From the NCBI GenBank assembly GCA_963681965.1, contig OY820579.1, positions 2,560,001 to 2,624,000 of the forward strand: 64,000 bases of DNA, read 5' to 3'. The first letter of the stretch is position 1. Each line of letters opens with the position of its first letter. The notes beneath the pieces were generated by a model, which was given only the letters and a program-made list of their open reading frames with translations, did not search any database and was not told the DNA's origin. Of this stretch, positions 39,524 to 50,006 are shown piece after piece. Made by a program: the position numbers and the translations under genes. The stretch is from a bacterium. Lineage in GTDB: Bacteria > Electryoneota > JAOADG01.

Positions 39524-40180
39524 TCACTTCGACACTAGCGGGTTGGCAGATAACTTAACTGATTCGGTAGTTTTGTCCTGCGGTAATTCTTCGAATCCGG
39601 TAATCATCGCACGTAGGTTTGATGTCACAGTCTCTCCGGTGGTGATTAAATAAAGGTGAGCGATAAAGAATGCAACCAGAAAGAATGCGCCTATTACATG
39701 AAACATCGCTACCACCGATAAACTGTGAATACTAATTGACATGACTTCATGCTGCTGAGGATAGCGGTAGAACATGTACAACAATCCCGAGATCACCATG
39801 ATTGGAATAACCAGTACCTTCAACCCTAGATAGACGAGTTTCTGCAATGGATTCAGTTTCCGCAATACGGTCTTACGAGTCGGGTGAGGTGCATTACGAA
39901 AGATTCCAAAGATATAGTATTCGGCTTGCGCGCGAAGGTTCTTCCGGGTCGGGAGATACTGTCTCCATTCACCGGTTGTCACATGCCAGAAGATGGTAAA
40001 GACAATCAGGATGATAAATAAAATTGCTGCGATGTTGTGGTAATGAACCGCTTGGTCAAACCCAAAAAATCGTAAGGAGCCATGAATCTCAAAGCCGGTA
40101 ATTCCGAGAAAGATGATAAGGATTGCTTGCATCCAGTGCCAGAACCGTTCGTAACTACGGTATACATATTCCATTTTCAT
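39524..40180 (-). CDS. Membrane cytochrome b subunit
   Basis: ERFWHW, TGFEIH, FWH, NPLQK, AHLY; start at MKMEY coupled to upstream stop. Confidence 0.85.
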   Translation of the reverse strand: MKMEYVYRSYERFWHWMQAILIIFLGITGFEIHGSLRFFGFDQAVHYHNIAAILFIILIVFTIFWHVTTGEWRQYLPTRKNLRAQAEYYIFGIFRNAPHPTRKTVLRKLNPLQKLVYLGLKVLVIPIMVISGLLYMFYRYPQQHEVMSISIHSLSVVAMFHVIGAFFLVAFFIAHLYLITTGETVTSNLRAMITGFEELPQDKTTESVKLSANPLVSK

Positions 40181-41748
40181 TACTTGCCTCCCTTCGCATC
40201 TTTGTGCAGATACCACCGGACGGTACCATGTACGATCACACCAATCAGTGTAAACAGAATGGATAGTTTTCCAATCCACTCAACCCATGGATTGACATCT
40301 CTGCCTGGAAGATAAAAGTCCGTCAATCCAGCCAATCGACCGTTATCACGAGTGTGACATTCGATACATGCTACCGTCTGTTTTGCCGGGGAAACCATGT
40401 GGTTGATCGGCCAGTACATTTCAGTGTTGATAAATCCGTACTGTCCACTATACGGTAGATCAATCTCTTTCATCCCAGCAGTAATCGCCTTCGGCCAGTC
40501 GAATTCTTTCCAGTAACCACTGTCACCGGGTGTAGACGAATAAGTCTTAGGCTGTATCAAATAGTTGTTTCGGGTATCATAGAGCTGCTTGGCGCGATGG
40601 ACTTTCACCGGATAAATCTTGGCATCGGGATCGTCGTAGTTACCAAGAAGTTCATTCATCTTCACCGGTTTGGAGCTGTCAACGATGTCACCTACTAAGT
40701 AATGGGATGCTGTACCATTGAACCAGTAATACTCTGGTTTGACATTCTTGCCCCATTTAAACGAACCTTTGATCGACATGTAGACATCGGTTCCAGTCGA
40801 GTCAGCTTCTTCGAATGGCTTTCCATCCTTCAATTTTCCAGCAGTCGACCAATCCCAAAAGAGTTTCGTCGGATTCACTTTGGCATAGACCGGGATGTGA
40901 CACGTCTGACAGGCGACTTTAAGCGTATGCTGATTGAGTACTTTATCGGTGTGTGGCATGGTAGTATGACACTGTTCGCATGCAACCCGGTTTCGATTCA
41001 TGGAAGAGACAGAGTACATTTTCCCGAGCATCTGGTGTTGTTCAGCAGTATGACAAGTGACACACTGCATATCTGAGTTTTCCGATGCCATGTGGACATC
41101 GACGGATCGATCGGGATCGAACATCGATTTTTCGAGATCACCATGCTTCACATTGTTTCCACCACCACCGAAGAAATGGCAGGTTCCACAATTTGTCCGC
41201 AACGGTTTTCCAACGTGCTGAGCAACTTTATTCAAATCCACCGTGGGATCTGGCATGCCCGCGCCACCGGATTTCTTGACGTAGGTATTCGAGTTGTCGT
41301 GACAACTGATGCAATCGACATTGAGTGAATCGCTGAAATCGAAGGAACTGTTCGCATAGCCATAACCGATGTGGCATTTGTTGCAACTTTGCTGATTTCC
41401 CGAAATACCAATGCAAAAATTGTTCAGAATGTTCTTCTTGCCAACCGATCGAATCCCTTTGTTGGGGATATACTCCAGACGTTCCCAATTCCAGTGCGAC
41501 GATTTCATCACTTCGGCTGCTCTGCCATCATGACAGGAGATACAAGCTGCCGTCACGTCTTGTGGTCGTTTGAACTCTTTTTTCAGTACGTCAAACTTGG
41601 TGTGATCTACCGACGATTTACTCTTCTTGTGGAACTTTTCACGTAACAGAGCAAGCGGAGTACTTTCTTCGCTTTTCTTGGGAAGCGTTGTTACAACCAG
41701 TCCCGCAAGAATGGCTAACGCGATTACAACTAAAAATATCCGCTTCAT
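40180..41748 (-). CDS. Octaheme c-type cytochrome, tetrathionate reductase (OTR) family
   Basis: Eight CxxCH motifs, HWNW, GKKNILNNFC, HFFGGGG, N- and C-terminal hydrophobic helices. Confidence 0.9.
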   Translation of the reverse strand: MKRIFLVVIALAILAGLVVTTLPKKSEESTPLALLREKFHKKSKSSVDHTKFDVLKKEFKRPQDVTAACISCHDGRAAEVMKSSHWNWERLEYIPNKGIRSVGKKNILNNFCIGISGNQQSCNKCHIGYGYANSSFDFSDSLNVDCISCHDNSNTYVKKSGGAGMPDPTVDLNKVAQHVGKPLRTNCGTCHFFGGGGNNVKHGDLEKSMFDPDRSVDVHMASENSDMQCVTCHTAEQHQMLGKMYSVSSMNRNRVACEQCHTTMPHTDKVLNQHTLKVACQTCHIPVYAKVNPTKLFWDWSTAGKLKDGKPFEEADSTGTDVYMSIKGSFKWGKNVKPEYYWFNGTASHYLVGDIVDSSKPVKMNELLGNYDDPDAKIYPVKVHRAKQLYDTRNNYLIQPKTYSSTPGDSGYWKEFDWPKAITAGMKEIDLPYSGQYGFINTEMYWPINHMVSPAKQTVACIECHTRDNGRLAGLTDFYLPGRDVNPWVEWIGKLSILFTLIGVIVHGTVRWYLHKDAKGGK

Positions 41749-42248
41749 ACAGCAGTGTCCTTCACTTGGTTTTCAAGTGGCATTTGGGGTGTAATTCCAG
41801 CGTTCAGTCGGTCTCGAATCAGCTGTTTGATCTGGCTGCAATTGCTCGACATCAGATAAATCTCACAGGATTGACAATCACGGTCAGCACATACATTGGA
41901 TTGGTGCTTGTAGGTCCAGCATCCAGCATCGCTTCGTTCATAAGAGGGGCATTTTACTCGTTGATCCATTGGACAATTCACGTGAATCCAACAAGGAATC
42001 ATTGCATGGATTTTGCGAATTCCTTCAATGGATACTTTTTCCACCGAGATTGCATGCCGAATACACTTAAGACGCTCGACATCGGCGACTGAGTACAAAC
42101 GCTGATTGCCAGAACTCTTTACCGTTAGAACCAAACCGCGATGTTCATAAAGTCGGAGAGTTTGCACGGAGACTTTTAACATCCGCGCAACGGTTCCTAC
42201 CGTAAACACAGGAAGTAATGGATCATCTGTAGGGAGTGGTTTTGGCAT
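41745..42248 (-). CDS. MerR-family regulator with Cys-rich C-terminus
   Basis: TVGTVARML.VSVQTLRLYE, QRLYS; eight Cys in PCW...CP...CP...CW...C...CxxC...C. Confidence 0.8.
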   Translation of the reverse strand: MPKPLPTDDPLLPVFTVGTVARMLKVSVQTLRLYEHRGLVLTVKSSGNQRLYSVADVERLKCIRHAISVEKVSIEGIRKIHAMIPCWIHVNCPMDQRVKCPSYERSDAGCWTYKHQSNVCADRDCQSCEIYLMSSNCSQIKQLIRDRLNAGITPQMPLENQVKDTAV

Positions 42249-42264
42249 TGCAGTACCCGAGCGG

Positions 42265-42480
42265 TTAGTGATGATTGATTGAAGCAAGTTGATTTAAATC
42301 GATAACAAACTGCTCGATTTCTTGCTTGTGAAAGCCTTTCTGTCGAGCAGCTTCTCCCAGTGTACCCCAGATTGGATCACCACAAGCGAGGCACTTAATG
42401 TGGTGTTTCATCAAATAGGTCACAGCTTCGGGAAGTTCTGTCACCAGCTCTTCTATAGAAGTGTTTTCTGTTACAACCAT
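42265..42480 (-). CDS. DUF1858-like protein
   Basis: IEELV..PEAV..L..H.IKCLACG...TLGEAA. Confidence 0.7.
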   Translation of the reverse strand: MVVTENTSIEELVTELPEAVTYLMKHHIKCLACGDPIWGTLGEAARQKGFHKQEIEQFVIDLNQLASINHH

Positions 42481-42487
42481 GAAATTC

Positions 42488-42694
42488 TCACTTCACTTGC
42501 GGTTTACTGCTATCTACCTGGCAGGTGCTCATATTACAGACGCCGTAGAGTCCACAGAATCCAACAGCGGCAGTCGCCAGCGGAATCAGACCAACCAATC
42601 CCCACCAACTTTGGTTAAATACGCCAAAAGCAATGATGGCCAATCCAACGATGACCCGAATAATTCGATCTACGTTCCCGATATTTTTTTTCAT
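42488..42694 (-). CDS. DUF2892-like small membrane protein
   Basis: MKKNIG..DRIIR...GFCGLY...STC. Confidence 0.8.
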   Translation of the reverse strand: MKKNIGNVDRIIRVIVGLAIIAFGVFNQSWWGLVGLIPLATAAVGFCGLYGVCNMSTCQVDSSKPQVK

Positions 42695-42918
42695 TTCACC
42701 CTCACGTAAAAAATGACATCATCTCAACACGCCAAACTCTACAGTAAAAATAATCAACATACATGTTAATTACAAATATAGATATTGATGGCAATCTCTC
42801 ATTCACAATTAGCATTGATAATATTAGTCTTAGTGAAATCAAGACGTGTCGCTCAGCGATTCATCGTCCAGAAATTTGTTCTTTATGGGTATATGCTTAT
42901 ATTGTGTCGAGGAGAAAA

Positions 42919-43422
42919 ATGCCACCAGGTCGTCCACATCAATGCCGTTGGGTTGGTTCGATGCCAACTGTTACCCGCTACAAGGCTTGCGGTGTTCCGT
43001 TGAATTTGTCAACAGAGATTGTCCTCTCGATTGATGAATTTGAGGCACTTCGTCTTGCCGACCAGAATGGTCTCCACCACGCCAAAGCCGGTGAGATGAT
43101 GGGAATCTCGCGTGCCACCTTTGGAAGAATAATCGAATCAGCTCGCCGAAAAACGATTCTAGCGTTAAGTAATGGATATTCGCTTCGAATCGAGGGGGGA
43201 GCATACGAGGTTGTAATGAAACGAAATTTTATTTGTGCTGACTGTGGACATCGGTGGGAATCGAACCAAGGGCGTTGCCACACTCCCGGTTGTCCGAAAT
43301 GTGGCAGCAAACAGTTCGGCTGTGACCATCGACCGGAACCCGTATCGGAATTCAATCTCGATGGCTGTTGTGGTGGCAAAGGTGAACATGGCAGCGAAGG
43401 TGATAATTGTGGCTGCCATTAA
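42919..43422 (+). CDS. DUF134 HTH protein with C-terminal Zn ribbon
   Basis: DEFEALRLAD, MGISRATFGRII.SARRK, RIEGG, CADCGHRW...CPKCGS; GAGGAG RBS before ATG 42919. Confidence 0.85.
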   Translation: MPPGRPHQCRWVGSMPTVTRYKACGVPLNLSTEIVLSIDEFEALRLADQNGLHHAKAGEMMGISRATFGRIIESARRKTILALSNGYSLRIEGGAYEVVMKRNFICADCGHRWESNQGRCHTPGCPKCGSKQFGCDHRPEPVSEFNLDGCCGGKGEHGSEGDNCGCH

Positions 43423-43437
43423 CTGAGGATTCAATGA

Positions 43438-43644
43438 ATGTCTGAGAACCATACACATGGTCATACCGGTGCGGGTAGCAGTTGTATTTGTCCAAAGTGC
43501 GGCGAGAAGATACTTCATCGTGCTGGCAATCCATGCCGAGAAGAGTGCTGTCCAAAATGTGGCGCTAAGATGTTACGAGAGGGTTCTGAGCATCACAAGC
43601 TACTGCTGGAAAAGCGTGCAAAGGGATCAATTGAATCCAAGTAG
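43438..43644 (+). CDS. Small Cys-rich metal-binding protein
   Basis: CICPKCG...H..G.PC...CPKCG..MLRE. Confidence 0.7.
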   Translation: MSENHTHGHTGAGSSCICPKCGEKILHRAGNPCREECCPKCGAKMLREGSEHHKLLLEKRAKGSIESK

Positions 43645-43741
43645 GTTACTTTGGTCTTGGATAATGGTATGAGTAAGCAGCAAGAAGCATTAAAAAGTAC
43701 AATTGCTCCGATTCGCCTTTTGAAATTTTTCAGGAACAGAG

Positions 43742-45091
43742 ATGGATGTTGAACTAGTATCCAGACTGCAATTTGCTTTAACAATTGGCTTTCATTACCT
43801 CTTCCCACCCCTAAGTATTGGTTTGGGACTAATGCTGGTTGTTATGGAAGGGTTGTATTTAAAGACCAAGGATATCGCTTATCACCACATGACTCGTTTC
43901 TGGGTGCGAGTATTTGGACTCATTTTTGCCATCGGTGTTGCAACCGGAATTGTAATGGAGTTCCAGTTTGGCACGAATTGGTCAAATTATTCTCGGTACG
44001 TAGGTGACGTCTTTGGAAGTGCACTCGCTGCAGAAGGAGTGTTTGCATTCTTCCTCGAATCAGGATTCCTCGCAGTACTTCTGTTCGGTTGGGACAAAGT
44101 GAGTCCCAGGATGCACTTCTTTGCGACAATAATGGTCGCCTTGGGTTCGCATTTCAGCGCGATTTGGATTATTGTCGCGAACTCATGGATGCACACACCT
44201 GCCGGTTTTCACATTGTGCAAACTACTAGTGGATTTCGAGCTGAGATCGTGGATTTCTGGGCAGTTGTTTTCAATCCATCGATGATTGACCGACTCACGC
44301 ATACCCTTGCGGCAGCTTGGCAAACCGGTGCCTGGTTAGTGCTTAGTGTAAGTGCATACTACCTACTGAAGAACCGACATCATGAATTTGCCATGAGAAG
44401 TGTAAAGATTGGCTTGATCGTTTCACTAATTGGATCGCTCGGTCAGTTAGTTACCGGTCATGGCAGTGCACAAACTGCTGCCCAATACCAACCAACAAAG
44501 TTAGCTGCTTTTGAAGGACATTATCCCGCGAACGAACCCGCACCATTGTACTTGTTCGGCTGGGTGGATGAAACCCACCACCAAGTGTACGGCGTAAAAA
44601 TCCCCGGGATGCTTAGTTTTCTTGTACATGGTAACACCCAAGCACCAGTGAAAGGACTGGATGCATTTCCAGAAGCGGATCGCCCGCCGGTGAACATGGT
44701 TTTCCAATCCTATCACGCAATGGTAGCAATCGGAATGTTTCTCATCGGATTAAGTCTCGTGACGGCATTCGGGGTCTGGAAACAGAAACTTACACACTGG
44801 CGACCGATACTTTGGGTCCTTGTGTTTTCGGTACTTTTACCGCAAGCGGGGAATCTGCTTGGTTGGATGTCGGCTGAAATCGGGCGCCAACCTTGGATTG
44901 TCTATGGATTGCTTCGCACCAAAGACGGGTTGTCACCGAATGTTGTGGCGGGTCAAGTTTGGACATCCATCATCATCTTTGGATTGATTTACTCCTTGCT
45001 CTTGGCCGTATTCCTATACCTCCTCAACGACAAAATCCAACATGGTCCTGAGATCGATGATCAACTCGACAGTGGGAGACACCGCGCATGA
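43742..45091 (+). CDS. cydA: Cytochrome bd oxidase subunit I
   Basis: [34 protein letters not shown]. Confidence 0.95.
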   Translation: MDVELVSRLQFALTIGFHYLFPPLSIGLGLMLVVMEGLYLKTKDIAYHHMTRFWVRVFGLIFAIGVATGIVMEFQFGTNWSNYSRYVGDVFGSALAAEGVFAFFLESGFLAVLLFGWDKVSPRMHFFATIMVALGSHFSAIWIIVANSWMHTPAGFHIVQTTSGFRAEIVDFWAVVFNPSMIDRLTHTLAAAWQTGAWLVLSVSAYYLLKNRHHEFAMRSVKIGLIVSLIGSLGQLVTGHGSAQTAAQYQPTKLAAFEGHYPANEPAPLYLFGWVDETHHQVYGVKIPGMLSFLVHGNTQAPVKGLDAFPEADRPPVNMVFQSYHAMVAIGMFLIGLSLVTAFGVWKQKLTHWRPILWVLVFSVLLPQAGNLLGWMSAEIGRQPWIVYGLLRTKDGLSPNVVAGQVWTSIIIFGLIYSLLLAVFLYLLNDKIQHGPEIDDQLDSGRHRA

Positions 45092-46116
45092 TTGAATCGT
45101 TGAATTTGAATCTGATCTGGTATCTCTTAATCGGAATATTGCTCACAGGGTATGCAATTCTCGATGGATTTGATTTTGGGGTCGGAATGCTGCACCTATT
45201 CATCAAGAATGACAATGGTCGTCGGGTGTTCCTGAATGCAATTGGTCCGGTATGGGACGGAAATGAAGTTTGGCTGGTAACTGCTGGTGGTGCTCTCTTT
45301 GCTGCTTTTCCTGAAGTTTATGCGTCTGCCTTTTCCGGCTTCTACCTACCTTTCATGTTACTGTTGTTTGCGCTAATCTTTCGTGCGGTCTCCATCGAAT
45401 TTCGCAGCAAACGTCCCGAACTTAATTGGCGGAGATCGTGGGACTACAGTTTTGCCCTTGGCAGTTTTCTCGCTTCGTTACTAATCGGAGTTACGCTTGG
45501 AAACATTGTCTGGGGCATACCGCTCGATTCTGCGCACAACTACACCGGATCTGTTTTTGATCTATTACATCCATACCCTCTACTGATAGGGATCACGACT
45601 GTTGCGTTATTTTTAATGCATGGTGCGATCTACTTGGTTTTAAAGACGGAAGGTGATGTTCAGGGAGAGGTTAGAAAATGGGTCAACAATACGATCATCT
45701 TTTTCATTATCTGTTACGCGACAGCAACAATGGCAACCTTGCTGTACGTTCCTAGAATGACAGTAGCCATTCAAGAGCACCCATTTTTGTTTGCTGTCGC
45801 AGTCATTAACATGCTGGCGATTGCCAACATTCCTCGAGAGATTCACCACGGGCGCGAGTTTCGAGCATTTCTATCATCAAGTGCAGCAATCGTCGCTTTA
45901 ATGGCACTATTTGGAATCGGGATGTTTCCAGTCATGCTTTTCTCGACAGCTGTTGAAGGTAGTAGTCTAACGATATTGAATGCTGCATCATCCTCACAGA
46001 CACTATCGATCATGTTGATTATCGCCCTGATCGGGATGCCTTTGGTGATCGCTTATACGGTAAGCATCTATTGGATTTTCCGCGGTAAAGTGAAGATCGA
46101 CAAAATGAGTTATTGA
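45088..46116 (+). CDS. cydB: Cytochrome bd oxidase subunit II
   Basis: LDGFDFG, GPVWDGNEVW, FRGKV. Confidence 0.95.
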   Translation: MIESLNLNLIWYLLIGILLTGYAILDGFDFGVGMLHLFIKNDNGRRVFLNAIGPVWDGNEVWLVTAGGALFAAFPEVYASAFSGFYLPFMLLLFALIFRAVSIEFRSKRPELNWRRSWDYSFALGSFLASLLIGVTLGNIVWGIPLDSAHNYTGSVFDLLHPYPLLIGITTVALFLMHGAIYLVLKTEGDVQGEVRKWVNNTIIFFIICYATATMATLLYVPRMTVAIQEHPFLFAVAVINMLAIANIPREIHHGREFRAFLSSSAAIVALMALFGIGMFPVMLFSTAVEGSSLTILNAASSSQTLSIMLIIALIGMPLVIAYTVSIYWIFRGKVKIDKMSY

Positions 46117-46202
46117 TGATTCTGTTCGCAAGGCACTGATCGGGAATTAATATTGATTAGAATACTGAGGTTAGAAGTGATTGCCATTCATCAGGAACAA
46201 CT

Positions 46203-46865
46203 TTGAAAGCGACTCAAGCTGTATTGAGTTATTTTGGTAAGAGAGTTCTGCTTGCAATGATTCTCTTGCTCCTGGTCGGTTGCGCTGAACAATTTTCAAA
46301 ATATAAGACCAGTGACACAACGCGGAATCAGATCACTTCTAAGACTCGACACGAACGGCAAACGGAATGGCGTGCAATATCACAGGCTCAAAGAAACGAA
46401 TTACTCTTGACATGGTTTCGTAGACATCTCGGCACTGTTTACGATGGTCCCGGTGATGCTTACGAATGCTTCGGCTTTATCAATGATGGTATCAACTATA
46501 TGTCGGGAGGGTTGAAACGACTTCCACCGCCAGATCTGGACACTTGTTCGCTCAAGCAATATGGCAACTATTCTACCAAGAAATACCGTTTAAGACAAGT
46601 CGTTAGTAAGCAACCAACTACCGAGATTCATCCGGGAATGATCATACAGTTTAAGTACACTGTACAAGCAACAGAGTGGTATGCTGGATACATCGGACCT
46701 CATACTGCTTGCATCGATTCTGTCGATTTATCACACGATGGTGGTATCTGGGTAATTGATGCTAACTATGGATTACCCCACAACAATGTTCAGCGTCATC
46801 AATATCAATGGGAGTTTCTCATGCATCCTGAAAATTGCTGGACGGTTTATGAGGTTATCGAGTGA
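46203..46865 (+). CDS. Lipoprotein, putative CHAP/NlpC-like amidase
   Basis: Lipobox LLVGC; Cys in YECFGF, His in GPHTA, WVIDAN. Confidence 0.5.
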   Translation: MKATQAVLSYFGKRVLLAMILLLLVGCAEQFSKYKTSDTTRNQITSKTRHERQTEWRAISQAQRNELLLTWFRRHLGTVYDGPGDAYECFGFINDGINYMSGGLKRLPPPDLDTCSLKQYGNYSTKKYRLRQVVSKQPTTEIHPGMIIQFKYTVQATEWYAGYIGPHTACIDSVDLSHDGGIWVIDANYGLPHNNVQRHQYQWEFLMHPENCWTVYEVIE

Positions 46866-46937
46866 TTCATCAAATTCCGCGTGCAGGCGTACTGCATTCT
46901 CGTTGTAACGATTGAGATATGCACATCGAGATAGGAG

Positions 46938-47312
46938 TTGATTTTGGTTGTCATCGGACTTCTAGTTCTTGGACTAATTGCTGGAATGGCAAGTGGTGTT
47001 ATCGGAATCGGTGGTGGGATATTGATCATCCCTGCCCTCGTTTATTTTTTCAAATTCTCTCAACATCAAGCCCAGGGTACGACATTGGCGCTTATGATTC
47101 CACCAATTGGAATCTTAGCCGCAATCAACTACTACAATCAGGGTTACGTTAACACGAAAGCGGTTATCTTAATCGCCCTTGGTTTTACTGTTGGTGGTTA
47201 CCTTGGCTCAAAATTCTCGGTTGGAATTTCAGATGGTGTCTTACAACGCATCTTTGGAGTGGCATTGATCGCGATCGGTGCGTTCATCATTTTCAAAGCC
47301 CCCAAGGGGTAA
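46938..47312 (+). CDS. TauE/SafE (TSUP) half-size transporter
   Basis: SGVIGIGGG, QHQAQGTTLA. Confidence 0.8.
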   Translation: MILVVIGLLVLGLIAGMASGVIGIGGGILIIPALVYFFKFSQHQAQGTTLALMIPPIGILAAINYYNQGYVNTKAVILIALGFTVGGYLGSKFSVGISDGVLQRIFGVALIAIGAFIIFKAPKG

Positions 47313-47386
47313 TCTGTTAAACCTTTTTGTAACTGGCACTGTCTACACCGCACAGCAGTTACTTAAAATTACACTAGGAAACAACG

Positions 47387-48568
47387 ATGGATACGAAAGA
47401 TCTAGGCTTTAATACCAAGTTAGTACATGCTGGCTTTCATGGCGATCCAACGGGAGCAGTCAACATCCCAATCTACCAATCATCAACATTTGCGTTCGAG
47501 AGTGCTGCCCATGGTGCTGCACTTTTTGCTGGTAAAGAAGAAGGATACATCTACACTCGTCTGGGTAATCCGACGATCCACGCATTGGAAGAAAATATTG
47601 CGGAGCTGGAGCGTGGCTTCGGAGCAATTGCAACCAGCTCAGGTATGGGTGCAGTTAGTACAGTGTACTTGGCGCTGCTTTCTCAGGGCGACCATCTCGT
47701 CAGCACTGCGTCGGTGTATGGGCCTTCACGGGGATTAGTCGAGAAACACCTTTCCCGCTTCGGCGTTAGTTCGACTTACTTAGATACCTCCGATCTAGAA
47801 CAGGTCGAAGCTTCGATTCAGCCAAACACCAAGCTCATTTATGTAGAAACCCCTTCCAATCCAGCAATGTTAGTAACTGATCTCGAGGGTATCTCAAAGA
47901 TTGCAAAGGCACACGATTGCTTGTTAGTCGTCGACAATACCTTCGCAAGTCCATTTCTGCAAAAACCTCTCGAACTAGGTGCAGATGTAGTACTTCATTC
48001 CGTAACTAAATTCTTGAATGGTCACGCCGATATCGTCGGTGGAATCGTTATCGCAAAAACGGAAGAGCTATTTTCGAAGATCCGAACGATGATGATTAAT
48101 CTTGGTTGCAACATGGACCCTCATCAAGCATTCATGGTTTTACGTGGAGTTAAAACGCTATCGATTCGAATGCGTGAATCAGAAAAGAATGCAATGATCA
48201 TCGCAAAATGGTTGGAATCACACCCGAAAGTGGAATGGGTTAGATACATCGGATTACCATCGCATCCACAACATGATCTTGCCAAACGTCAGATGAGCGG
48301 CTTCGGATCGATGATCGGTTTCGAACTAAAGGGTGGTGTTGAAGCAGGTAGGAAGTTAATGGATCATGTCAAACTTGCCATCCTCGCAGTCTCACTCGGT
48401 GGTGTCGAAACATTAATCGAGCATCCAGCATCGATGACCCACGCTGGGATGTCTCACGAAGATCGCTTAGAGGCAGGTATCAGCGATGGATTGGTTCGGT
48501 ATTCTGTCGGGATTGAAGATGTCGAGGATCTGATTGCCGATCTTGAACAAGCGTTGGAAACTGTATAA
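47387..48568 (+). CDS. PLP-dependent transsulfuration enzyme (methionine gamma-lyase/cystathionine lyase family)
   Basis: YTRLGNPT, SSGMGA, ETPSNP, DNTFA, HSVTKFLNGH, AVSLGG. Confidence 0.9.
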   Translation: MDTKDLGFNTKLVHAGFHGDPTGAVNIPIYQSSTFAFESAAHGAALFAGKEEGYIYTRLGNPTIHALEENIAELERGFGAIATSSGMGAVSTVYLALLSQGDHLVSTASVYGPSRGLVEKHLSRFGVSSTYLDTSDLEQVEASIQPNTKLIYVETPSNPAMLVTDLEGISKIAKAHDCLLVVDNTFASPFLQKPLELGADVVLHSVTKFLNGHADIVGGIVIAKTEELFSKIRTMMINLGCNMDPHQAFMVLRGVKTLSIRMRESEKNAMIIAKWLESHPKVEWVRYIGLPSHPQHDLAKRQMSGFGSMIGFELKGGVEAGRKLMDHVKLAILAVSLGGVETLIEHPASMTHAGMSHEDRLEAGISDGLVRYSVGIEDVEDLIADLEQALETV

Positions 48569-48643
48569 AAGCTAGCTTCGAAAAGGACGAGTCATCCAGC
48601 TCATAAACTCGATCTATTGGGCAGCTGTAGCAAGTAAGGAATT

Positions 48644-49477
48644 TTGATGAAAGCACGTTTAAAAGTACTAACCAGTTTCACCCTGACATTTACATTTATT
48701 GTAACCTCACTGTCGGGAATCGCAATGTTCCTTTCACCAAAGGGTCGGATTGCAAACTGGATGAATTGGCAGTGGTTAGGATTATCGAAGGAGCAGTGGA
48801 CTGATCTGCACATCGTATTCGTAACTGTGATGCTCATTACTGGGGTTCTTCACCTGCTAGTCTTCAACTGGGGTCCATTCCTCTCTTATTTCAAGCGCTC
48901 TGCGCAGGCAGGAATGCGGTTCAAATGGGAGCTTGTAATTTCTGTAGTCCTCATACCGGTACTTTGGTTTGGCACAACGTATCGAATCCAACCGATTATC
49001 AGTGTCGTTCAACTGAACAACTGGATCGATCAAACGTATGAAACAAAGATGAATGAACCTCCAGTACCGCATGCAGAAACGTTTACAATCGTAGAGTTTG
49101 CCGATAAAGTTCTACGTGTTTCTACGTCTGAAGCAATGGACAAATTCAAAACGAGTGGGTTCCCGGCGAATGATTCACTTGAAACCATCAGCAATATTGC
49201 GGCAAGAATGAATGTGCCTCCAAGTGACATTTTTAAGAAGCTATCAATCGCTAAATCTACAACCAAGAGTAAGATCGTTGAATTCTCTGGATATGGGAAC
49301 AAAACGTTGCAAGAGGTTTGTTCAGAGCTTGGAATCTCACCAGTGGAAGGCAGAAAACTACTGGAAAAAGCTGGGGTGAAAGAGTTCAGTGAAGAAATGA
49401 ATCTTAGAGCGTATGCAAATCAGATCGGAAAAAAACCGATCAACATTGCAAGAATTTTGGCTGGAGAAGAAATGTAG
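48644..49477 (+). CDS. DUF4405-like membrane protein
   Basis: SGIAMFLSP.GRIA.W..W.WLGLSKEQW..LH...LHL..NW; PPVPHAE. Confidence 0.7.
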   Translation: MMKARLKVLTSFTLTFTFIVTSLSGIAMFLSPKGRIANWMNWQWLGLSKEQWTDLHIVFVTVMLITGVLHLLVFNWGPFLSYFKRSAQAGMRFKWELVISVVLIPVLWFGTTYRIQPIISVVQLNNWIDQTYETKMNEPPVPHAETFTIVEFADKVLRVSTSEAMDKFKTSGFPANDSLETISNIAARMNVPPSDIFKKLSIAKSTTKSKIVEFSGYGNKTLQEVCSELGISPVEGRKLLEKAGVKEFSEEMNLRAYANQIGKKPINIARILAGEEM

Positions 49478-49491
49478 TTAGAAGCTGTACA

Positions 49492-49848
49492 TCACACGAA
49501 GTGGAACATTGCCATCAATTTCCCAACTGTGTACATCACTGCAGCGATTCCAACAAGCTTGATCGAGTAACTCTTCCAGTCCTTGAGTGTAGCTGGCTCA
49601 TTTTCGCCGGTGAGACCATGGAATTTTGTGATATCGATGTATCGTATCGCTATAAGGGCGGGAACAATCAGCCAGAAAATGATGTCAGCGATGACGCCTG
49701 CTTCATTTTTTCCGATAAAAAAAGTGGCAGCAAGTAGAGCAACGTTCCCAAAAAAGAACCAGAGTAAACGAATGAATGCTGGAAGACAACCGGAGGGTTT
49801 GTTAGAAGAATCTGTCGAATTGGGTTGAGTTGCCATGGTGGCCTCCAA
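49492..49848 (-). CDS. Hypothetical membrane protein
   Basis: Three hydrophobic segments; start probably at MATQP (GGAGG upstream). Confidence 0.6.
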   Translation of the reverse strand: MEATMATQPNSTDSSNKPSGCLPAFIRLLWFFFGNVALLAATFFIGKNEAGVIADIIFWLIVPALIAIRYIDITKFHGLTGENEPATLKDWKSYSIKLVGIAAVMYTVGKLMAMFHFV

Positions 49849-50006
49849 AACTGTGGAACTTTACAGATTGTTCCTGTTTTGAATGGCGGCCCGACCACTC
49901 TAAATCCTGCAGCACCAATGGAGGTGCTACACCCTAATCAAAATGTATTAATCAAAAATAAGTAGGGCAAAGTTCCTGCGCAAGCGAATCGTCACTTTTC
50001 AACGGA

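Noticed and set aside
42885-42900. Operator ATGGGTATATGCTTAT upstream of the DUF134 gene
   Set aside because: Only 10/16 self-complementary and a single copy
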